NCBI RefSeq assembly: GCF_006345805.1
Contig: NC_042997.1
Span: forward strand, 193,750,001-193,814,000
From: Octopus sinensis
Lineage: Eukaryota
Reading direction: 5' to 3'
DNA length: 64,000 bases
Shown here: positions 61,307 to 64,000 of the stretch, piece after piece
Layout of the letters: each line of letters begins with the position of its first letter
How positions within the stretch are numbered: the stretch's first letter is position 1
Program-made: the position numbers and the translations under genes
The notes under the pieces: generated by a model
Database searches by the model: none
What the model saw: the letters and a program-made list of their open reading frames with translations, nothing else
Told to the model about the DNA's origin: nothing

Positions 61307-61396
61307 AACATGTAAACCCAGGCACGCGTGCGCACACATACAGATATAACTACATACACACACATACACATATGTATATATATGTATAAAAGTATT

Positions 61397-61442
<46 letters not shown>

Positions 61443-61700
61443 CACACACACATAAATATATACACACACACACACATATATATATATATAGAGAGAGAGA
61501 GAGAGTGAGGGAGAGGGATACATATACAGTGACGCGCACGCATGTGGCATATACACCCTACTTATCTCTATGTGTGTGTGCATATGCTTCTTTTATAAGC
61601 ATATATTCGTGTGTGATTCTGTGCGTATGCGTGTGAGTGTGTATACATATATATATATATATATACACACACACATACACACATATAGACACACATATAC

Positions 61701-61753
<53 letters not shown>

Positions 61754-62063
61754 TTTGTGTCCTTCCTACGTGTTTTTATATCGGTTTTCCTATTGCAGAT
61801 ATTTTATGTTCATCATCACATCTCATTCTCTCTCTTCTTCTTCTAGCTCTCTCTCTTCTTCCTCTTCTTTTTCTTCTTCTTCTTCTCTCTCTCTCTCTCT
61901 CTCTCACTCTCTTTCTCTGTTTCTTCTCATTACAAACATAAACAACTAAGTGTATAAAATGTATATTATGAATGTATGATTGCACATACATTCCTAATAT
62001 ACATTTAGCAGTCTTTACAGAGAGAATAAGAGAGACGTGTAAGAGAGAAAAGGAAGAGACAGA

Positions 62064-62126
<63 letters not shown>

Positions 62127-62140
62127 CGTGTGTGTGTGTA
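60995..62140. repeat. (TA)n/(CA)n/(TG)n/(TC)n microsatellite fields
   Basis: Direct reading. Confidence 0.9.
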
Positions 62141-62396
62141 GTCTCCAGGAATCGTTCGTAGACCCGATGGTGCAAAACAGGAAGAACATACTTTATAAAC
62201 ATAGCATACGTACGCGCGCATTTTAATTATTCCATTGACATTCATAATTTCAATGAGAAACTTAGGTAGTTGCTTAACCTGCTAGAAATAGCTGTCAAAT
62301 GTTCCTCAAATGACACATAAAACATGAAAGTTTACATTGCATAATACAGTTGAGAATACCCCTAAAGAGAAGGTATGGTTGACTAGGGTTGATTTA

Positions 62397-62758
62397 CAGG
62401 GGTTGGACAAAATAATGGAAAAACCTTAACATTTCAAACAAATTTATTTTAATATGGGGTAGGACCGTGTTTGGCACTAATTACAGCTTGAATTCTACGA
62501 GATATGGACTCGTACAGAGTTTGAATTGTTTCCAAAGGAATTTTTGTCCATTCTTCAAATAAAACAGTCTACAGTTCTTGTAGTGATGATGGTAGACAAT
62601 ATCGACTCCTTACTTGGTTTTCTAAAATGCACCATAAATTTTTAATAATATTGAGATCTGGGGATGGTGGTTGCCAGATAAGAGGTTCAACTTCACTAGA
62701 ATGTTCCTCGTGTCATTCAGTAACCACTTTAGGTGTGTGAATTGGTGCATTATCATTG
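62397..62758 (-). mobile_element. Tc1-like (DD34E) transposon 3' fragment with one TIR
   Basis: TA|CAGGGGTTGGACAAAATAATGGAAA TIR; minus-strand DNAPIHT..IWQPPSPDLNIIKNLWCILE..EEWTKIP..LYESISRRIQAVISAKHGPTPY*. Confidence 0.85.
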
Positions 62759-62773
62759 TGTGTGTGTATTCAT

Positions 62774-62804
<31 letters not shown>

Positions 62805-63101
62805 AAGATATATGTTTATCTGTGTATATATGTATATGTATGTGTGTGTATCAGCCTTTGGGTTTGTTTACGAATATATATAGGTTATGAGAGGTAATGG
62901 TGTCATTAAGCCCCAAAGGTGTCAGGTAATGCTGAATAAGTGCTATAGATAGACCGTAGTTAAGTTCCAGATTCGGTGATTATGCGAATAATGGGTTCAA
63001 CGTTGGCCATATGTCAGCGTGTGTATATAAAATTTTCTTTTTCGTAATGAGATAAAACAAACCAAGTCTGTGTAGATTTTAGAACATTTATAGATAGAAG
63101 G

Positions 63102-63424
<323 letters not shown>

Positions 63425-63790
63425 ACTTAGATTAGTTTCCGGCATTATTGGTCCAAGCCATGACTAACTCAATAGCACCACCTGGAAAAGTATTTTAGTT
63501 AATTATTTCGGGACACTATGGACCACTCGAGTTGTTGTTGGTTGAGACGTATCCAGGTTTATCCGGTATTTCCTGGAGGGATTTGTCCAGGTACCGTTTG
63601 AAAGTTGTGGGATTTTTTTTCTACTTTAATTTCTTTTGGGACAACATTGAAAAGTGCAGGACCATTTGCAGTGAAGAAATTGTGTCGCAATGTTCTTATG
63701 TGATGTGATCTCCACCTTTATAGGGGACGCATTGCGCGGGGGCCTAGCCTTGGATGAATTGTAAACATAATGCAGTCGCAGTCAATTTGT
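63425..63790 (-). pseudogene. L2/Crack-like LINE 3' end (ORF2 C-terminus + 3' UTR)
   Basis: ..LRHNFFTANGPALFNVVPKEIK..FKRYLDKSLQEIPDKPGYVSTNNN..; UTR GGTGGTGC..CATGGC..GAAACT. Confidence 0.65.
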
Positions 63791-63847
63791 TTTTTTTCTA
63801 CTTTACATTCTTTTTCTACTTTACATTCTTCGATAAGGAAAAAGTGT

Positions 63848-64000
63848 AGATCAAGTTACGGTGACGTAAACACACCAACATCGTTTGTCAAGCGATGGTG
63901 GGAGGGGACCAAACACAGACACACAAACATGTATATATATATCTATATATCTATATATATATATATTATTCTTTGTAAGCCTAGTACTTATTGTATCGTG
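63848..64000 (-). mobile_element. SINE B fragments running off the window
   Basis: GACGTAAACACACCAACATCG..GTCAAGCG and TTCTTTGTAAGCCTAGTACTTA. Confidence 0.75.

Overview
AT-rich, microsatellite-saturated eukaryotic DNA with one 100-N gap. No host protein-coding exon could be supported, so the window looks intronic or intergenic. The SINE repertoire and TTAGGG repeats suggest a cephalopod, probably Octopus; this is inferred from recall and was not verified. The window is a mosaic of five tRNA-derived SINE families (called A-E here) and relics of many retroelement clades: Tx1/L1, CRE-like RLE, R4/Dong-like, RTE, CR1/L2-like and Penelope-like. It also holds mariner, Tc1 and maT DNA transposon relics, non-autonomous Helitrons and Helentron-type HINEs, a MITE, an 800-bp foldback element carrying telomeric repeats, and a 40-bp satellite. 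The strongest observations are: (1) a type I hammerhead ribozyme with an intact core at 18428-18501, plus a variant hammerhead-like motif, both in short elements sitting in microsatellites; (2) a three-member retroposon set sharing one 3' tail, made of a Tx1/L1 LINE 3' end, an ORF1-only (HAL1-like) element and SINE A; (3) an 800-bp palindrome with TTAGGG in both arms and a 9-bp target duplication; (4) a SINE B-SINE D chimera found twice, ending at a Pol III terminator; (5) a short retroposon family whose copies carry different internal inversions. Nearly all ORFs in the supplied track are translations of microsatellites or SINEs. Coordinates were read by eye and ends may be off by a few bases, more for degraded relics.
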